A DNA stretch of 64,000 nucleotides. It comes from Azolla caroliniana (lineage: Eukaryota; Plantae; Polypodiophyta). The stretch is taken from the NCBI GenBank assembly GCA_043228905.1, contig JBHGNT010000007.1:18538001-18602000 (forward strand), in the 5' to 3' direction. A program made the position numbers and the translations under genes. The stretch's first letter is position 1; every line of letters starts with the position of its first letter. Shown here in pieces: positions 14,812 through 30,200 of this stretch. The notes under the pieces were generated by a model. The model was not told the DNA's origin. It saw only the letters and a program-made list of their open reading frames with translations, and ran no database searches.

Positions 14812-17096
14812 ACAAACAATTTCACGTGATGGTTTTGGAGAATTTTGAAAATTTCATGTCAATATGAAAATCATTATATCAAGAAATCGAAAGTTTGTAG
14901 TGCAAGTGATGTCAATCCAAATGTAATGGTAATCATGACATCAGGCAAGAGACCACTGAATCCAATGGATTCAGTTGTAATTTTCTTTCCTGCCTAATGA
15001 GAGGTTTGATTTCACAATTATCTTTCCAAAGTTCAGCTTTATTCAGATCTCACATCAATGTGAATGGTTATGATAAGAAGGATCAGTGATTAATCACTGC
15101 CTGTGGCCATCTAGATTGTAATCCTTGTTTATGTAGATTGAAAATATGCATTGTTTAGCATGGACTTAGAAATGGGATTTGTACTTAAAAATCGGATTGG
15201 AACCACAACTATTTTTTTATAAGAATTTAATTATTTGTGTTTATAACAGTTTGTACTGTCTCCATACCCCACCTTAGAATGCGCAAAAATCCTTTCTTGT
15301 AAATTTCCATTTAACTGAGCTGGTTGGTCAAGCCATATTGTTAAATTCCTAAAGAATCTCAATGCCCTTAAAAAATGCAGGATGTTTTAATACATCATTA
15401 ATCCAACTCTTGGTTTACAGCTTGAACTGACAGAAAAGGTGCAGTGTCATCTTGAGGTCGAGGTGACAATGCCATGTGTGCTCTGTGATCCTCCATGAAT
15501 TTTTGGCTAGACCTATCAAATTACTGGGTTTGATGAGCTCTATTGTGGGGTTCAATTGAAAAACAAGGAGACACATTGCCTTCCAATTCATTCCCTGTTG
15601 GTAATGACAAATTATGAGGTTGAAAGCAAATCTTTCACTCCTAGTTAGTCAAGCTATACATGCAAAATTATTAAATAGAGGATGTGGTGACACTAGTCAT
15701 GTCAAAATAGGAAGAGGATTCTCATTCACTTAAGCTCAACATTTTAGAGCATCATGTTCTTTCCGGAATGAATCCAACCAGCAATTTATCTTGCCTCACT
15801 CTAATACATAACATGTAGGGGTCTATGAATCCTATTGCCCTTGAAAAGATTTGTAAACATGATATAGGGATTGACAATGGGTCTAGGGGAGGATTATAGC
15901 TGTAGTACACCCATGTTTGGCAACTTCGATCTAAACAAGAGAACAATGGTTTTGGGGAGCTTTGCCAATGCTTCTCACAACCAACTACCCCACCACATCT
16001 CTAATGTGGATGCCAACCTGTGCCTTTGTAGATGCACTTGTATGCTACAATATACTCCATCAGACTACTCTTGCTGGGGCTCATAGGTCATGTACTTCGC
16101 CTCCCAAAGACATTCCACTTTCTAGCATTTAGCTGAAGGGATTTGTAGCTTATTTTCACTTCAATACAGGTAATTTCAAATGATGGATTTATGCGAACTT
16201 GCTTTAATTTGCTGACACTGACTGATATATTTTTATTTCAACTTTGCATTTGTCAGCTGAGGTTTGCTGTATCATTTTAATTGCCCTTGGAAAATCATCA
16301 AAATGTGAAATTCACAAAATGGTGACAGCTAAATTACAATCCATTTTTTATTACCCTCTTACATTCTAATAATCCCAAAATGACATTGGGATAAAATCTT
16401 GGTATAGTAAATTTGCTGGCATAGTGAACTTCGCTAATACGAGTAATACATCATAGGAATTCATGTCAAAACGGGGATCCTGAATCCTGCCATTTCTGGT
16501 TTAAGCTTCTAGATTGGAAATTTACTTAGTAGTATTCATTGCTGGCAAGGTTTGGTGTTCCAATTAAACAAATATTATAGTTTTCTGTTAAGTAGAGAGC
16601 GATTAATAATTAGATATCGTAACATCCTTGAGCATTACAAATCAATATTTGATTCATGGCTTGCTATAGAACAACCTTCATTATCTGTAAGCATGTGCAT
16701 CCTTCCATAAATTTCATGGTTGTCGTAAAATAACTTTCATTATCTGTAGGCATTTCTAATCAGTGTAATCATCCTTCCAGTTCTATCTTTTCGTAGAATA
16801 CAGCAATAGCTATCAAAATGAAGATTTCAAAAGCGTTTGGAAGTGCAAGGATTTTCAGACCAAGATATGCAAAAAAAATAATATTTATGCGCTTATACAA
16901 GTATCTGTTCAATAGTTTTCAAAGCCTTGTAGCATTAGTCTATGTGCGGTGTAATTGCAAAACTTGTATGGTAAAAAGTGTATTTATGGTTTATATAGAT
17001 GTATGATTGGTGTTTTGGTTCTGCCAATGTGTCTGAAATGATAGATTTTGAAAATTCATTTCCATGTTATGTGCGTCCAGAACCACAAATTTATCT

Positions 17097-20000
17097 TCAG
17101 GGGAACCATGAAGCATTGAGATACTTTGCCAAGAATGCAAACTTGTCCGTAGCCTCATCAATCTATAAAAAAAACCAATGAACATTATGATAACTATGGT
17201 GCATATACATTATTTTTGTACAAGAACCGATTGGACTGTGTACGAAAACCTCATACCAGCTTCTGTGTTGGACGACCACATCCATGTCCAGCTTTTGTGT
17301 CAATGCGGCCAATAATAGGATTTGTTTGCTTTCTTGCCTTCGAACTTATACAAAGCTTGTATTGCAGTGTCTAGTGGTCAAAACAAAAGTGTGTTTAGCT
17401 TGCCGTATGACATAATTCAATACATACTGTAGTGTGTTTATAGCATTTGATGTATGCATGATAACAAAACAAAACTTTCTGTCAGGTATTTTACTAGAAT
17501 TGTAAATTTCCTAAGATTAGTAGAATGCGTTCATGTGGTTGTAATTTTTTGTACTTCCAAGAGGTAGTAATCTGGCAAATTTTGGAAACTTCGATCATGT
17601 TCTTGTAAATGCCCAACAAGTTAGGGGTGGTCTTTTCCGGAAACAACTTACCGCCAGATGTTTCAAGGAATGATGTGGAACAACTCTATCATCATGATCT
17701 GCAGTGAGCAACATGATTGCCGGATACTGGACTCCTTCATTACCAATGTATTCCCAAGGCCTCTTTACATTATGAAGTGGAGAATATCTGCATGCATCAC
17801 ATATCCATGGTTAATATCACCCGCTATATGTGAATGAGTTTATCTTGATTCTATATGTGAAGTAACAATAAATAAAATGATGATACTTAATGCAGATTAA
17901 TACAAATTAATACGATACGTGAAGATGTGACAATTAATAAAATACTAATATTTACATATCGATTTTTAAGTCGTGTTCATTCTATATACAAAGTTTGTGT
18001 TGATAAACAAGGCCATCATCACATTTAGATTAGTTTATATTGTTTATGTGTATGGTTTGTGCTCATGAATACATGAACATACTTAAATGTAGATGGTTCA
18101 TCTTGAATCTATAGGTGGATTAATTTATAGCTGATTCTATATATGGATGAATTCATACTGATGCTTAGATGTTACTAATTACTTATCCTTACTTGATTAA
18201 CCACTGGAATTCATCTTCTTTCTCTGAACAGCCATATTCTGTCGTCCATGCATGCCCTAACAGAGTTGTCACCAAGATATTGAGCTCCATTTTTATGTTT
18301 TCTATTTGATCCCTTACAAGGCTAGAGAGATATTTGCATTACCAATAGTAAAGTGGTGGAATCGCAACATATCCATGACACCAACGTGAGCCATAGCACA
18401 CCCAAACAAATCTGGTCTCTGTTGTTTAAATCATACAGAAATCAGTTGATCATTTTGCATTACAAGGAGCTAAACCAGGTTTTTATTTGATCTTATTTTA
18501 CTATGACACTTTTTTGACAGAAAGTGTATATACATACGCGATTGACACATGAAGCGATAAGGAGTCCTCCATTGCTTGCTCCATCTATACCTAATTTCCC
18601 TGCTCTTGTATAACCTTTGTTGATTAAGAACTTGGCACACGATATGAAATCGTCAAAACAATTCTCTTTCCTGGATAATGAACCATCCTTGTGCCATTCT
18701 TCACCATATTCCCCACCACCACGGATGTTTGCAAAAGCAATTACACCAGCACAATGATGAGCAAAGATTATTCTTGGAACACTGAAAAACGGAGTGAGGC
18801 TGCTATTGAATCCCCCGTATGCATATAGTAATGTTGGATTCTCGCCATTCAGCTGTATACCCTTCTTTGACACTATGAACATTGGTATCATGGTTCCATC
18901 TTTGCTTGGTAGAAAAACCTGTATCATCACCAAAGAACATTAGGAGGAATTCGGCTCCTCATGAAAAGAAGTCCACTGAGGTTTAATGCTGCCATGCATT
19001 CAAAAGGAATATCCAATTCTAAGATGCTCATCTTCTCTTGACCAAGCTAAAATTCCCAAAACATACCTGCTGAGTTTCAAACATCGTCCTATCAAAATCT
19101 TTTACGCTACTTTCACGGAAAACTTCTATGCTCGGGGTCAAAGGTTCAAGATCACATCGATAAACGATCGCTGGAGTCAGAAAACTTGTATAGCTGAAGA
19201 AAAACTGTTTATCTTTTCGTTCTCCTGAGATATTATATATCGAACCAATATCAGTAGGGAGACTGTGCAATAAGACCCCAGATTCCAAATCTCGGACTTG
19301 GAGGACATACTTAACATCTCTAAGGTAACAAACAACAAGTTGTTTCTCATTGGCACAATGCACAGTTTCCAAGACATCACTTTCCGACTCTGGGATGACA
19401 TCAGACCATACATCAGGATTGTTGAGATCAACACGAACCACCTTATATCTTGGGGCATTCTTATTCGTGTGGAAAGTGAATATGGTTCCATCATTTGCAA
19501 CAAGATTGTACTCTGCATCCATATCGGTCACCAACTTCTCCAACTTCAGTGGACAATCAACACATCTAAGATTAAGCCTCCCACTTGCAAGTGATGAAAG
19601 ATCATAGTAATACAACTGGTTCACAGGGTCACATCCTTCGTATATATACACCAATAAATACTGCAACAAACAAAAACCCACGTATCACGAAACCAAGTGA
19701 TTCATGTAGTCCAAAATGTTAATTTCTATAAATATGAATGTTAAGTTATTTCAGGGCCAAAACCTTTCCATCATCGGTAATTGAGGATTGGAACCGCCAC
19801 TTAGGATGTTTTGGATCTTCCCAGCAAAGGATGTCTTTCTCTTGTTCAGTGCCCAAAATATGATAATACAGCTGATGACTAAGATTGATATTTGTTTCAG
19901 TTCCAATGTCCTCATATCTTTCCACACTACACGGAATCATATAGATATTTTCATGATTAGATATCAACCCAGATATTTCACCCCCCATATCAGCATTCTA

Positions 20001-21440
20001 TGCTGACCCTCATTGTTTGTACATAAAACATAAAACCTTTGTTCAATATGTACATTGAATGTATGATTTCATTCAATCATAACCCCCTTGTATATTAAAT
20101 GTCAAAATTTTATTCCATTACACTTTTCTTGTACATCCAACTTCCGTCGCAATAACTATTTTCTTTAAGATAGATGAGAATCAATCTCCATGTTTATACA
20201 TTTATATCACATCATTAGATGAATGAATGAATGAATCAAAACAAGGCAAGAAAAATTGTACCTCGGTGCAGGATATCGGCTATAAAAAAATCCCTTATTG
20301 TCATGGGTCCAGGAAATAGTAGAGAATTTCACCTGCACAATTCATTCTATGCATAGTCTAAGCACACCACTAAATATGCAAAAACGTTTTATTCAAATTA
20401 GAGAGGTTGTAAAGAAAGATCAACCCATGATAGCAAATCTGGTTCCCAGGATTTATCAGCCACTCTCATCACTTTAATTCTGAGCCAATCACTGCCACTA
20501 GAGCTAAGGCCAACAGCCAAAAACTCGGCACTTTCAGACACGTCTGCAATGGATAGAGCAACAGTTCCATCATCACTTAGTAGGTTTGGATCCACAAGAA
20601 CCTCGCCTTTTTCCTCTAGAGAATCCTGTAAACAAGCACATGAACCATACATAAAATGAACATAAACATCAAGCTTCTATCTATCTCATACATACAATAC
20701 ATGTGCACACAGACAATATCTACAATATATGCATGCGCACATACAGACAATACATAAATAAAATATTATATACACGCATAAATACAGAGAATACATACAT
20801 ACATGATACAATACATACATGCATAGCTAATGACAATATATACATTACATACTTGCATGAACAAATAATATGTGCATACAATACACGCATGCATTGTATG
20901 TTTCAATACATACATATCATAAATACAAGAATTAAAGACAATTGCAAGAGGAAAACAGAATTGATTTAGAGTTTCACACACCTGAACATACAACACACTT
21001 TGTGCTTGCAATCCTGTATTATGGAAATAGAAGTACTTCTTTCCTTTTCTAAATGGGCATCCGTATCTTGGGAAATCAAAAAGAGTTGTGATCTTTTCAC
21101 GGAAATTGCCCCTCAGATTACAGTTGCTCAGCACATCATCCGTTAATTTTCGTTGTGCTCCAATGAACTCCTTGACCTCATCAGAATGCACATCTTCTAA
21201 CCTACAAAGAGAATTTGAAGATAATCACCGATACTTAAGGGTGATGCATTGAAACAAGACATAATGGAGAGCCCATTGCTTTCAGATAGTATCCAAGATG
21301 TTAGCGATTATTAAATACAATGCCTTGTACCATCTGTACGGATCAGTGATGAGAGTGCCATGATAATTATCAACAACAGATTCATCGCGTCTAGCTTGTG
21401 GATATTCAAGCTCGAATGGCAGCTCATTTAGTAATCCCAT
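17097..21440 (-). CDS. Prolyl oligopeptidase (peptidase S9A), 731 aa. Exons: 21440-21331, 21201-20982, 20625-20425, 20332-20262, 19926-19764, 19660-19067, 18918-18538, 18418-18343, 18256-18193, 17787-17652, 17370-17257, 17162-17097
   Basis: N-terminal [16 protein letters not shown]...DPYRWLED, then [11 protein letters not shown] and [13 protein letters not shown]. Catalytic Ser in GASNGGLL, Asp in ADHDDRVVP, His in KAGHG. All introns are GT-AG and the exons sum to 2196 nt in frame. Confidence 0.95.
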
Positions 21441-22559
21441 TGCAGATCAATTATCCTTAAGCTTGATATTCTTCTGGTAACTGCATGAGACATTACTCAT
21501 CAGATAGTTCGGAAATAGCACTGCTCTATAATTTTGACAATAAACATTGTTGAACAAGAATAACTATCATTTCATAGAACATATCAATACTTCCAAAAGA
21601 TTTACAATCCCTAAATCTTGAGGCACCAAAACAACCAAATGGATCAAAATTGCAACATGCATGATGAGATAAATAAGCTCAATCATTAGATTGCTAATAG
21701 TGGGATAAGCCGGTTGGATTCTCTATAATGAAAAGAGGCATAGGGTGAGAGATAAAGGTTCAGGTGACACACCTGATATGTTTGACAGATATGTGGGGAA
21801 TATTGGGAGAAGGAATTTGTCTTATTTGCACTTGAAGACAAGATTCCTGGTGGATTGATATGTAGAAGCACTTGAATATATCCAAACAACATGGAACTCT
21901 GAGATACACATACAGTTGTATATATACATAATACACACATGGTATATGTATATCCTGTACACACATCTGATGTTAGTGCTTCTTCAGGATGGGTATGATG
22001 AGTCCCTTGTGTCGACATCTGATAAGCACTCATAATGCTCATGTCGACATGAAAGCCCCTCTCTCTCTCTCTCTCTCTCCCTCTGTTTCTCTGTTTCTCT
22101 GTTACTCTGTTTCTCTTGTTGTGTGTTGCTCTGTTTCTCTCTTTGTGTACAGAACACATACATGATGACATACACACACACATATACACATACACATAAA
22201 TATAATTAATTATATATATATATAATATATGTATAAATGAGAGGCACATGTTTATAATGACAATTAATTACATAAGAGACACACACACACACACACACAC
22301 AATATGTATGTACTTCTGAGGAGGAGGATGATGGTGATGATGATAATGAGCACATAATCCTTCTCCCATGTCGTGTGTGTTCGGCTTAGTGGCCGATGAT
22401 GACACATTTTGTATGTACACTGATACTCGAAAGCTCCATCGATCGTTTCGGTGATCGATGACACATATTTGTCCCCGTATAGAAGTGGATTGGGAATCTC
22501 GTTCCCTTTTAAATGACAGATTTCTCTTAGCCATATGTATGTATGTATGTATTGTATGT

Positions 22560-22992
22560 ATATGTATGTATGGTATTGTATTGTATGTATATGTATGTAT
22601 AACAGACAGAGGTTGTGTTTTGGTTCTCATTGAAGATCTTCCTCGCCCCTAGATTTCTTTTCTTTTCTTATGATGTCAATATGTATGTATGTATGTATGG
22701 TATTGTATTGTATGTATAACATTCGAGGTTGTGTTTTTGTTGTCATTGAAGATCTTCCTTGTCCCCAGATTTCTTCTCTTTTCTTATGATGTCAATATGT
22801 ATGTATGTATAACAAACAAATTTGTGTTTTTGTCGTCATTGAAGATCTTCCTCGTCCCCAGATTTCTTCTCTTTTCTTATGATGTTGATGTGTATGTTAT
22901 GTATGTAAGTATGTATAACAAACAAAATTGTGTTTTTGTTGTCATTGAAGATCTTCCTCGGTCCCATATTTCTTCTCTTTTCTTATGATGTC
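22560..22992. repeat. Four ~90-120-bp tandem units (core tcattgaagatcttcctcgtccccagatttcttctcttttcttatgatgt) separated by variable (TATG)n
   Basis: The core gaagatcttcc recurs at about 22632, 22750, 22841 and 22947. Confidence 0.85.
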
Positions 22993-23468
22993 GATCTTGC
23001 GACGAAAAAGGTTGGTTCAATACTGACACAAGCATATCCCAAACTCCATCCTCCACGTCATTTCCTCCCATATCTTTCTCCTACCAATGTTTCATCTGAA
23101 CCTTTTTCTATGATCGATTGCGAAAGTGTGCAAATATTTGTCGTGCGGTTTGATAGTAATGTGTCAGTAAATTGAAGAAAGTTCTGGATACGAGGTTCTC
23201 CTCTTCCGATGGCTTTGTCCGAAACGACAAGCAAGTGATCCATTAACCTAGGGGTATTATTATAGTAGTCATCCTAGGTGTTATCGCCAATTTGAGGCCA
23301 TCGAGGGCACTCGTGCAATTTGTCTCTATATGTGTGAGTTAGAATTCTCACCTTTTTATTTCTCTAGAACACATTTTACATGCACCTTTTTCCTAAGATA
23401 TCTTTGACGAATCCCAATCTCAAAGTTGTTGCCCTCATTATACACACACGTATCGAGGTGAAAGAAAC

Positions 23469-23507
<39 letters not shown>

Positions 23508-24379
23508 TTCGTGTTGATTTTTCTCTTTATTGTTATTTTACCATCGGATTCAAACCGATTTCAGTTTAACCCCAAACAGCATCGTGACATCTCTGCAGCA
23601 TTTAAGAGATTTGTCTAGTACCTTACACGATTAGTTTACATATATTATTAGAAAAAGAAATATTTTAATTTATTGAGTTCACTAAGTTCTATGAGCATTA
23701 AAATTAAAGAGAGGTGTGGTTGGCATGAAATAATGAGACACAAGAAAACCCACTCTATTATTCTCTGCACATGTGGGATTACCAAGATTTAGGTCACCTA
23801 AAATTTCCACTTTCATCATGAGTAGCTCGCACGCTTACTTACACACTTCCACTTTATTGTTTCTATTACGGCCTACGTTGAATAAAAGTATCATTTGCTC
23901 TTCATATGGGTAGGCTCGGAAGTACCAATGAATACCTTTTATTTTAGGTACACTCGTCACCAATAAACAATCATATAACATTTTTCAGCGTAATGACTCG
24001 TATTGTGTTTATGATAACAAATAAAATGGCTTGGGAACATGAATCTAGATAGTTCTTTTGGCATAATGTATTAAAATGTAAACCCTAACAAGCACAAACC
24101 CTAGACCCTTAACCAATTGATTGCTCATGACTTACCCTAAAAGCCATTAAGATCCCATAAATTTTGAGAACACGGCCTAGACTCCAACATTATCGCTAAA
24201 CTCTAAGTTTGGCCTTATGTGAACATGATTGTTGTATTTAGAACAAGTTGTTAGACATTAAAGAAAAGATATAAGCCTATCTAATGGCACTAGCTGTAAC
24301 ATTAAAAAAAACGTTATCATATACTCTCGAGATACAAAGATGAGCCTTACACCAAGACCAATGTGTTTCAAAATGAGTG

Positions 24380-25010
24380 CTTATATACATTAAAGGGACA
24401 CAAATTTGAGGATATGGGACTCCGAGAATGTTTGGTTTGATATGCTTTTTTCTTCATAGAGCAAAGGCATAACCATTTATTTATGGGGGTTGGCCGCCTA
24501 TTGCAATTATGCTAGCCACAAGGCACGATCGATTGGGGGAATGTATGTTAGTTATCATGACAAAGCCCCAATGCTCAAGTGCGAACATCAGGAGGAGGGG
24601 ATGTCGTTGTTGACAAAGGCACAAGAGATTTTGTTTTCCACCATTGACAACATCCACTCAACTTTGGTTAATGCCAATGCTCAAATTGAGTTGGAATTGG
24701 GTAACTGAATAACTCTTTGGTTCTCTGGGAACAACGATGTAGACGGGTCTTTTCTAATCAAACTGTGCATCAAGTGATGTTATTGCTGGAGATATGGAGT
24801 GAAGTTGTAGCCACTCTAAAGAGCCAATATGAAGGCCTCACGGTCGGATCCGATGGAGTCAAAAGACAATGATTAGCCTTCATCCAACAATGGTCGTCCT
24901 CTCCCTTTCTTGAGTTAGTGAACTGCCACATAAGATGGAACTATCGCGCCCCTACTGGGATTTGTATATAACATTCTCATCTGTAAAGTTTTATAACTAA
25001 CAAAAAGAGT
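24380..25010 (+). mobile_element. Degraded 3' end of a LINE (L1-like ORF2 C-terminus)
   Basis: About 24711-24760 reads, with a frameshift, as TLWFLWEQRCRRVFSN, resembling the LWxIWxxRNxxxF motif of plant L1 C-termini. An A-rich end follows. Confidence 0.4.
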
Positions 25011-26661
25011 GTTTTTGGGGGAAAAAAACCATGTATTTATTTGGCCTCTTTTATATGCTTGCCCATCCACCTTGGGTTATTTGATATTTTTTGGCATTGA
25101 ATTTACAAGAACTTTGTTAACTCCAAGGTTGTGATGTTTTATTTTTCTTGGTAAATAGGGACTAATGTGCTAACATATTACCCATTAAAAATTAGTAAAA
25201 ATCAATTCAATCTTTAGTTTATTATTGGTTGTGTGAGAATGAAATCTTTAAGAAGGTGAGGAAAACATGAAATCATGAAGAAAAGGAACCCACTTTATCT
25301 CACACGTGGGAGGGCAACTATAATCAAAGGTTGTTGATTATGGGGACGGGTTTTGTGGGGCACCCTACATGTAAAGTAGAATGATTGGCTTATGTGATGG
25401 GAATATGTTGTCAATATATTTAGCATCATGGTAAGTTGAGAAAAGACTTAACCTAAATTTGTGCCTCCCAACCTAACTTCTCTTGGTGAGTTGATGCACT
25501 TTCCAACACGTAAACTATTGGTATGTTTTTGCATGCTTTTATAATGAAGAAAACTAAGACTTGAACTGTTTTCGATGAACTTGCCATTGTCATAACAACA
25601 CCTTGTCAAACATAGGAAAGACAAACAAAAGCTTAAACAGAGCACAACTTTTAGAGTTGCATCATAATTAGTTACCTAACAACATCTTGTCAAACATAAT
25701 AAAGACCTACAAAAGGCGTAAACAAAGCACATAATTTAGAGTTGCATCATAATTAGTTACCTTGCATAAAGTATATTTCATGACAGTCTCATTAGACTAC
25801 ATCATAAATATATTGAGTTCCACCATGAATACTTGTTTTGCCATAAGTATATCACATGATAATCTTAGTAGACTTCATCACACTCAAGTTAATTTGGTTT
25901 AAGTTATCGTAATAATAAAGTACTTTGAGGTAATTCATGTGTTGTTGACTTGAATAGTCATGTGCGTCATCATCATCTTTTCCTTGTCGTTAATATCTAG
26001 GTCTAAGAAAAATATCCCCTTAGTTAGCCTTTTTACAATTAGGAGGGGTAACACTTGTTAATAGGTCGATATCGGCTATGAGACCAAACCACAACTTACA
26101 TCTTAAAATTGTTGCCTCGTCTTTGTCAAGGAAGAAAGCACGATTTCAATTGCTTTTAGTAACAAAAAAGCGAGAGTGATTATTATTTTTAAAGCAAAAT
26201 AAACCAATTTAATGTTTATGCATTCAGAAACTTCCTAGCTATGTTTTGATGCTTGTTGAAAAATAATAGGGTTTGTCATGCAACCGTTTGTTGTTATGTG
26301 GACAACGATTGCCCCTTCCCCTTGTAACACATCTGATGTGTCCAGGGGTTCTGTGATCAGAACCGCAACACACCACCTCGATGGATTGAGGTGAGGGCCT
26401 TTCTTGACGGATAGAGAAGGTGCCCATGACTCGGGGTAAGAGTCGTGGGCTTCTAAGTCTACTCGATGGATGGAGAAGACACCCATGACTCAAGATGTGA
26501 GTCATGGGTTTGTGGCATGTGTACCATTGCCAAAGTGCAATGTGAGGGATGGAATCTCTCCAGAGTGCACTCAATAAGCTAATAACTATGTGAGGGATGG
26601 GATCTCTCTAGAGTGCACTCAATAATCTAATACCTATGTGACGGATGGAATTTCTCTAGAG

Positions 26662-27138
26662 TGATAGGATTTACGCTTAGAGTTAAATCACAAATATCAG
26701 AGAACACAAACAGAAATTAGACTACACACGATTTACATGGAAAAATCCCAAATCATGGATAAAAACCACGGGCACTTTGGCCAACAAAAATTCACTATGA
26801 ATGGATTGTACAAACCAAAACAAATTTAAGACCTTACAACTCTCTATAACGAAGGTTCAACTATGAGAGTACAACAATAATACGAATCTCACAACACAAT
26901 GTATGAAATGAGTAAACTTGATTCGGGATATGGTGTACATTAGGTCGTCGTCTGAAACCTTGATTAGGGTTTCAACCTTGTCCACCAAGAACCCCCTTTT
27001 CTTTCTTGTCTTTATTGTTTTCCCTCTGTCTCCCTTTCTTTCTTAGTTCTTCCTCATTTCACTCTCTTTCTATGTTCTTCTCTGTTTCACTCTTGCTCTC
27101 ACTCTGTTCTCCGCTTCCCGTTCTCTATTCCCTCTTCT

Positions 27139-27189
<51 letters not shown>

Positions 27190-27266
27190 CTTCTCTCGCG
27201 TTTCTCTCTCCCTTAGCGCTTCACGGATTCGCAAATTTCTAACTCAATATATACCCGACTCACATA

Positions 27267-27297
<31 letters not shown>

Positions 27298-30200
27298 ATT
27301 CTTCCATTCGGCCGAGTCTCATTTCGGCTTTTCGACCGATTTTGGCCAGTTGACTCATTTCGGCTTCTTAGCCGCCTCCCTCATCGGGAGGGACAACCCT
27401 ACACAACAAACTCCCCCTTCACTCCTATAGGGGGAGAGTTGACAAAACTAGTCCTTCGCCGGCAAGCAACGAGTTTCTCCATGGATAAGATTTTAGTAAG
27501 CATGTTTGATCCATTTTCGTCAGTATGGATCTTCGCTAAGACAAACTCATTTTCATCCACTCTCTCTCATAACCAATGATACCTTCTTTCAATGTGTTTT
27601 GTAGGAGAGTGATAGGCAACATTCTTAGCAAGATGGATAGCATGAAGTAGGAATTTTTCTTGCTTCATTCCTAATTCACTTAGAAAATCTCTCATCCTAA
27701 TAAATTCTTTTCTGGCTTCCACTGCAACCATATACTTAGCCTCTGTGGTCGACAAAGCCACAACCTTTTGCAATCTTGATTGCCATGACACAACCCCCCC
27801 TAAATAGGTCATCACATACCCTGATGTGGATCGATTGGAATCTACATCACCCGACATATCAGAATCTGTGAAACCTTCGAGCATAGGTTTCCTAGAGCCA
27901 TATCTAAGGCATACACTCGAAGTACCTTTGAGGTATCTAAGTATCCATTTTACAGTTGCCCAATGCTCCTTTCTAGGATTACTCATGTAGCGACTAACTG
28001 TCCCAACAACAAATGCAATGTCCGGCTTTGTGTAGACCATAGCATACATTAGGCTCCCAATAACCGAGGCATACGACACCCTCCTCATCTATGCCTTATC
28101 TTTCTCAGTTTTCGGACATTGTCTTGAATCTAGCGTATAGTTCATCGACAAGGGAGATCCAATAAATTTTGCATTATACATGTTAAACCTTTGCAAAACT
28201 TTCGTCGCATATTTCTCTTGTGACAGCCATAGCATGTTTTTTGTCCTGTCCCAATCTATATGCATTCCCAAAATCTGTTTTGCCAGTCCTAAGCCCTTCA
28301 TGGCAAAAGATTTGCTCAACGCCTTCTTCAAGCTTGCAATCTTCTTAGCATTCTATCCAACAACTAAAATATCATCCACATACAACAAGAGAATTAGAAA
28401 ATCACCTTCATCATACTTTTTCACAAATACACAATGATCGACTTGTGTTTTGTGAAATCCATGTTCCAACATGAAGGACTCAAACTTCTTATACCATTGT
28501 CGAGGAGCTTGCTTCAGCCCATACAAGCTCTTCCTCAACCTACATACAAAATTCTCTTTTCCTCTCACATCAAAGCCCTCCGACTGTTGCATATAGATTT
28601 CCTCTTCCAACTCACCATGTAAGAATATTGTTTTAACATCCAACTGTTCAATTTCCAGATTCATACTAGCAGCCATGCTCAAAACGGTCCGGATGGAAGT
28701 CATCTTGACAATTGGAGCAAATATCTCATCAAAATCAACACCCTTTTTGTGTTGAAAACCCTTCACCACAATATGGGCCTTATACCTAGGTGTATTTCCA
28801 TCTTCACCAGTTTTTTATTTGTAGATCCATTTGTTTCTAAGTACCTTCTTTCCCTCATGCAGCTCCATTAGCTCATAGGTGTAGTACTCATGCAAGGAAT
28901 CCATTTCCTCTTGCATGGCATTATACCACTTCTCCTTGTGTACATATTTCATGGCTTCTTCATAGCATTCTAGTTCACCTTCATCAGTCAATAGAACATA
29001 TTAATTGGTTGGATACCGAGAGGAGACCTTCCTTTGCCTATGTGGGTATCTGCTTTCTTCGGTCACCGACTCAGATTTAGTCTCTTCTGCAAGCTCATCT
29101 TCCGGCTCAGGTTCATGTGTATCAATCTGCTGTTGTGTACCGGTTGACTCAGATTCGGTTTCATCAACTGGTTGTTGTCTCTCGGACTGTTGTGTGAAAG
29201 AGGGATCAGCTAGTGCCGACTCCATAACAACAGCCGACTAGGAAGACGAGACCGTTTTTTGTTGTTTCCAGTGTTCAATCGTCTTGTCTTCCATGAATAT
29301 GATGTCGCGGCTTTGTACCACCTTCTTATCATGGAGATCCCACAACCTATAGCCGAACTCATCTTCCGAGTACCCCAAGAATATGCATGGTTTGGACTTG
29401 TTGTCCAACTTTGACCTCTAATCTTTTGTCACATGCATATATGCTAGGCGTCTGAACACTCTTAAGTGCTGGTAAAAGACACTTCTTCTTGTCCACACCC
29501 TCGGTGGGATATCACCCCTTAGAGGCATTGAGGGAGACTTGTTTATAAGATAAACAACCGTCAACATTGCCTCATCCCAATATGATTTCGGCAACTTTGC
29601 ATGCGACAAAATGGTTCTTACCCTTTCCATTATGGTCCGATTCATTCTCTTTGTTAAACCATTAAGCTTGGGTGTCTTCGGCATTGTATACTCAAGTTTA
29701 ATGTCTTGAATCTTGTAATACAACTCAAATTGGCCTCTATACTCACCACTATTATTTGTTTGGACAACTTTCAATTTTTGTCCAGATTCTCTTTCTGCCA
29801 GTGCATGAAACTCTTTAAAGACCGACAACACTTGGTCTTTAGACTTTAGCACGAAAGCCCACAACATCCTGATGAAGTCATCAATGAATGTCACAAAGTA
29901 TTGTCCATCACGATGTGATGGAGCATCCACATAGGACATATCTGTGTGGACCAATTCTAGGGCACCTTCCCTTCTCATCGGAGGCCTAGAGTGACAGGCA
30001 GCTCTGTTTTGCTTTCCAGCCAAGCAATCAACACATTTCTCAAGATGTATGACTTTCACTTTTGGTAGGAGATCCTTTTCAGCAAGGATATGCACTCCCC
30101 TTTTGCTCATGTGGTCGAGCCTTTTATGCCACAACTCACCATCTGAGTCGGCCACTATATTTGCTTCATCTCGGCACAATCTTGCATGCATTAGATACAA

